Below, one piece after another: positions 60,885 to 64,000 of a DNA stretch of 64,000 nt (positions within the stretch are counted from its first letter, which is position 1; the number at the start of each line of letters is the position of its first letter). This DNA comes from a virus, in the IMG/VR virus record IMGVR_UViG_3300025096_000010, positions 2,823 through 66,822 of that record; one strand, 5' to 3'. Under the pieces are notes generated by a model. That model was not told the DNA's origin. It saw only the letters and a list, made by a program, of their open reading frames with translations, and did no database searches. The position numbers and the translations under genes were made by a program.

Positions 60885-61181
60885 ATGGCAACCAACAATG
60901 TCGAAAAACAATCCTTCGGGGAAGCAGGAGGCGCTTATGTTACAGGAACAACAGCCGTTACGGGGCAGTTCTGCGCGATTACATCTCTGGATGATGCAAC
61001 TTTTTTCAGTGCACTCACATGGCCCGAGATAAACAAGCATAGAGATGGGTCAGCTAATTCCACTGGAACGGATGATCTATTAACCGCCTCAGAAACTATT
61101 CCCAAAGGAATAACTATTTACGGCCAGATAACAGGCTTCCAGCTTGGTGCTGGCAGGGTAATAGCTTATAACGCAGCCTGA
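60885..61181 (+). CDS. small virion protein
   Basis: IPKGITIYG..GRVIAY motif typical of small marine phage fibre-associated proteins. Confidence 0.6.
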   Translation: MATNNVEKQSFGEAGGAYVTGTTAVTGQFCAITSLDDATFFSALTWPEINKHRDGSANSTGTDDLLTASETIPKGITIYGQITGFQLGAGRVIAYNAA

Positions 61182-61187
61182 TTCACG

Positions 61188-64000
61188 ATGCGTATTGGCC
61201 TGTCAATGGGGCTCAGTGTGCCACCACCACCGTGGGCTCCTCTCGACCCCCTTTACCTGAACCCCTACCTGTATTTCGCGGCGGATACCAACATCAGCGC
61301 GAGCGGGGGAGCAGTCTCTACATGGTATTCTAAGTGGTATGGGGGCTCAGCCCCCTCCAATGGGCGCGGAGAATATCTGACGCAGGGCACCTCCACCCTC
61401 CAACCAGCCCACGATACGGACGGCTTCATGACGTTCGATACGGTTGAAGGCGAGGAGGACAAGCTGGCGCTCAGCGCAGAGGTGGGGCAAGCGGGTGTCC
61501 TCATTGTGGCGACATCGAATGGCATCTTCGCTTACGAAGTGGATGCCGATTCTGTCGATGAGATTACCGCATTGGGTTTTGAGACAGGTTACTACCAAGC
61601 CCTCGACCTGTATGCCTACGTGCTCCTGCCAACGACCGTGACTGATGCGGATATTGCGAGCGTCATTCAATTCTTTGAGGAAGAAAAAGGCGCGACGAGG
61701 AACCCGACTGGGAGTCTGTTGAATTATTGGCGCGGGAGGACTGACCTTGTGACGCTCAAGTTTGCTGCGTTGGATTTCAGTGGGGTGACAAATTTCAGTG
61801 TCTGCTGGCTCGGGTGCTCTTCACTCGAAAGTTTTCCCGGAGAACTGGACCTGTCTAGCGGCACAAATTTCTATGCCTGTTGGTATTCGTGCACTTCACT
61901 CGAAGAATTTCCCAGCGAGCTGGACCTCTCAAGCGGCTCAAATTTCGAGAAAGGCTGGTATAATTGCAATTCACTCGAAAGTTTTCCCGGAGAACTGGAC
62001 CTGTCTAGCGGGACAAATTTCAGTCAAAGCTGGTATAATTGCAGTTCACTCGAAGAATTTCCCAGCACACTGGACCTCTCTAGCGGGACAAATTTCAATA
62101 GCTGCTGGAAGAATTGCAATTCACTTGGCGAATTTCCCGGTGACCTAAACCTCTCCAGCGGCACAAATTTCTCCAACTGTTGGTACGGGTGCACTTCACT
62201 TGGCGAATTTCCCGGTGCGTTGGACCTCTCAAGCGGAACAACTTTCGATTTCAGTTGGTACAATTGCAATTCACTCACCGTATTCCCTGCTTTGGACTTA
62301 TCGAGCGGCACAAATTTCTGGGCCTGCTGGCGGTCGTGCACTTCACTGATCTCCTTCCCTGACCTAGACTTATCTAGCGGGACAACTTTCTATGCCTGCT
62401 GGGATAGTTGCACTTCACTCGCCGTATTCCCCGCTGGCTTCTTTGACGACTGGAATCCTGCAAGCGTTTCTACCAACTGCTTCCAATACGCATGGGACGG
62501 ATGCACCGCACTCACCGAACAGTCAGTCGAAAACATTCTCCTCTCCATCTCCGCTAGCGGGGTCTACCCGACATCAGATGGAACGGCCAGCGGCACCCTG
62601 ATTGCTGGCAGGGAGATAACTATTGATTCCAACAACGTAAACGTAGACAACCTCTCCGCTTCCAACCGCGCAGCCTGCACCGCGCTCCAGAGTCGCGGCT
62701 GGGAGGTAGTGATTAACGGTTCGGTGGTGAGTGAATACGCGCTCTCCCTTAATGGGAGCGATGAGTATGTTGACACGGGCCTCATTCCTGAGAATGTTCA
62801 CGCCAATGCCACGATGTCTTTCTGGGTGAAGATGGACAATTTCACGGGACAACAACTTATGGGGTGCCATAACGCTAAGAGGTTTTATGCGGGGTTTTAT
62901 GAGGCGACCGCGATGTTCGGAGTCGCTGGTGACGCAAAAAGCATGACGGATATCAGTTCCTACGTTTCGGCTGGCACATGGCACCACATCTGCCTCGTCG
63001 CGGACGGGGGGACTGCAACCTATTACTTGGATGGGGTTTCCAGAGATACGATGTCCTACACGCAAGCCTCTGCAAGCAACCCTGAAACCAATTTTCTGAT
63101 TGGGGCATTATCGAACTCCCCGCCCCAAGACTATATGGAGGGCGACTTTGACGAAGTAGCCATCTGGAACGTAGCCCTCGATGCCGATGCCGTTGCAGCG
63201 GTTTACAATTCCGGTTCGCCCATCAACCTTAACCAAGACAAGGGCAACTACGATAACTCAGATGACATTGTTTCGTGGTGGAGAATGGGCGACTCCGATT
63301 CGGGGGCTGGCGACTTCGTGTCTGACGTTATCGCAACTGACGGTGAGGCGCTGCACCTGCCGGGTGTAGCCAGCAATTATGCGAGCGTTCCTGATGCCGC
63401 TGACCTTGATGGGTTCACCAACTTCACGTTGGAGATGAAGGGTGTGACGTTCGCTGACTGGACCTCCCCCGCTACCGACCAAGGGTTGATGTCCAAATAC
63501 AAAACCTCTGGGGACAGTAGGTCTTGGAGGCTCAATTTGCAAACTGACGGCAAGCTCTATCTAGTCCTTTCCTTTCTTGGGGATGACACCACTACTTACC
63601 CCTCGTCTGAGGTAACGGGTGTGACTGATGGCGCGACCGCAGACATCATGGTGATGCGAACTGGGGAGGACATCCGCTTCTATGTGAATGGGGTCCAACT
63701 GGGCACCGATGTAACCTGTGTCACAACCGCTCTTCATAACAGCACCGATGTTGTGGCAATCGGGGCGGATTATAATACGACCGGAAACCCCATGACTGGC
63801 TCTATCCAGAGAGCGCGGATATGGAACTCAGCGGTAGCCAATCAAGCGACCCCAACAGAAACCCCAGTGCTGGATGCAAACTTCACGCTGGCAAACAAAG
63901 GGTGGACCAGCTTCACCGCTACCAGTGGTCAAGAGGTCACGGTCCACAGCACCGCCATAGCCAATCCCGCCGCGATTCGTTCGGCCACTGACGGGGTTCT
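61188..64000 (+). CDS. fibre/receptor-binding protein with BspA/DUF285-like LRRs and LamG (ConA-like) domains; partial, open to window end
   Basis: Open frame from ATG 61188 (MRIGLSMGLS); nine LRR units; WHHICLV..YYLDG..GDFDEVAIWN LamG motif; absent from the ORF track because there is no stop. Confidence 0.8.
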   Translation, partial: MRIGLSMGLSVPPPPWAPLDPLYLNPYLYFAADTNISASGGAVSTWYSKWYGGSAPSNGRGEYLTQGTSTLQPAHDTDGFMTFDTVEGEEDKLALSAEVGQAGVLIVATSNGIFAYEVDADSVDEITALGFETGYYQALDLYAYVLLPTTVTDADIASVIQFFEEEKGATRNPTGSLLNYWRGRTDLVTLKFAALDFSGVTNFSVCWLGCSSLESFPGELDLSSGTNFYACWYSCTSLEEFPSELDLSSGSNFEKGWYNCNSLESFPGELDLSSGTNFSQSWYNCSSLEEFPSTLDLSSGTNFNSCWKNCNSLGEFPGDLNLSSGTNFSNCWYGCTSLGEFPGALDLSSGTTFDFSWYNCNSLTVFPALDLSSGTNFWACWRSCTSLISFPDLDLSSGTTFYACWDSCTSLAVFPAGFFDDWNPASVSTNCFQYAWDGCTALTEQSVENILLSISASGVYPTSDGTASGTLIAGREITIDSNNVNVDNLSASNRAACTALQSRGWEVVINGSVVSEYALSLNGSDEYVDTGLIPENVHANATMSFWVKMDNFTGQQLMGCHNAKRFYAGFYEATAMFGVAGDAKSMTDISSYVSAGTWHHICLVADGGTATYYLDGVSRDTMSYTQASASNPETNFLIGALSNSPPQDYMEGDFDEVAIWNVALDADAVAAVYNSGSPINLNQDKGNYDNSDDIVSWWRMGDSDSGAGDFVSDVIATDGEALHLPGVASNYASVPDAADLDGFTNFTLEMKGVTFADWTSPATDQGLMSKYKTSGDSRSWRLNLQTDGKLYLVLSFLGDDTTTYPSSEVTGVTDGATADIMVMRTGEDIRFYVNGVQLGTDVTCVTTALHNSTDVVAIGADYNTTGNPMTGSIQRARIWNSAVANQATPTETPVLDANFTLANKGWTSFTATSGQEVTVHSTAIANPAAIRSATDGV
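61770..62435 (+). repeat. nine tandem 72-75 nt LRR-coding repeats
   Basis: LDLSSGTNFxxxWxxCxSLxxFP units starting at 61770, 61845, 61920, 61995, 62070, 62145, 62220, 62292 and 62364. Confidence 0.9.

Noticed and set aside
61770-62435. Diversity-generating retroelement target
   Set aside because: No reverse transcriptase or template repeat in the window, and variable codons also differ at third positions

Overview
The window is most or nearly all of a tailed dsDNA phage genome with podovirus-like architecture. Spanin-like genes point to a Gram-negative host. The lack of Shine-Dalgarno sites and the gene repertoire are compatible with a PVC/Verrucomicrobia-type host, but that is inference only. 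Modules: tail/lysis (+, 1-10.4 kb); replication (-, 10.4-20.35 kb: primase-helicase, family A DNA polymerase, SSB, Cas4/DUF2800-like nuclease, SF2 helicase, RuvC, TerS-like); TerL plus three probable ejection proteins including a 4448-aa giant (+, 20.4-37.6 kb); an early/accessory region (-, 37.6-50.5 kb) with a MoxR AAA / metallopeptidase-vWA / DUF3150-like operon, many small genes and several long, strongly base-paired non-coding tracts; then tRNA-Trp and the head module (+, 52.5-64 kb: portal, scaffold, capsid, and an LRR+LamG fibre that runs off the end). No integrase, RNA polymerase, reverse transcriptase or cas genes were seen. Most interesting signals: (i) a cluster of structured non-coding elements in the early region, namely a ~1 kb ORF-poor multi-stem tract at 46.8-47.8 kb, a ~250-nt GNRA-rich element at 49.0-49.26 kb and a two-state hairpin at 50.07-50.2 kb; (ii) a short F-x-[ED]-[SA]-hydrophobic helix shared by the scaffold, the lysozyme and a hypothetical protein, possibly a capsid-loading tag; (iii) a truncated stand-alone copy of the vWA-peptidase N-terminus beside the MoxR operon; (iv) LRR repeats with a conserved scaffold and hypervariable codons; (v) co-oriented heptamer arrays. 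All functional calls come from motif recognition by eye; no searches or folding programs were run.
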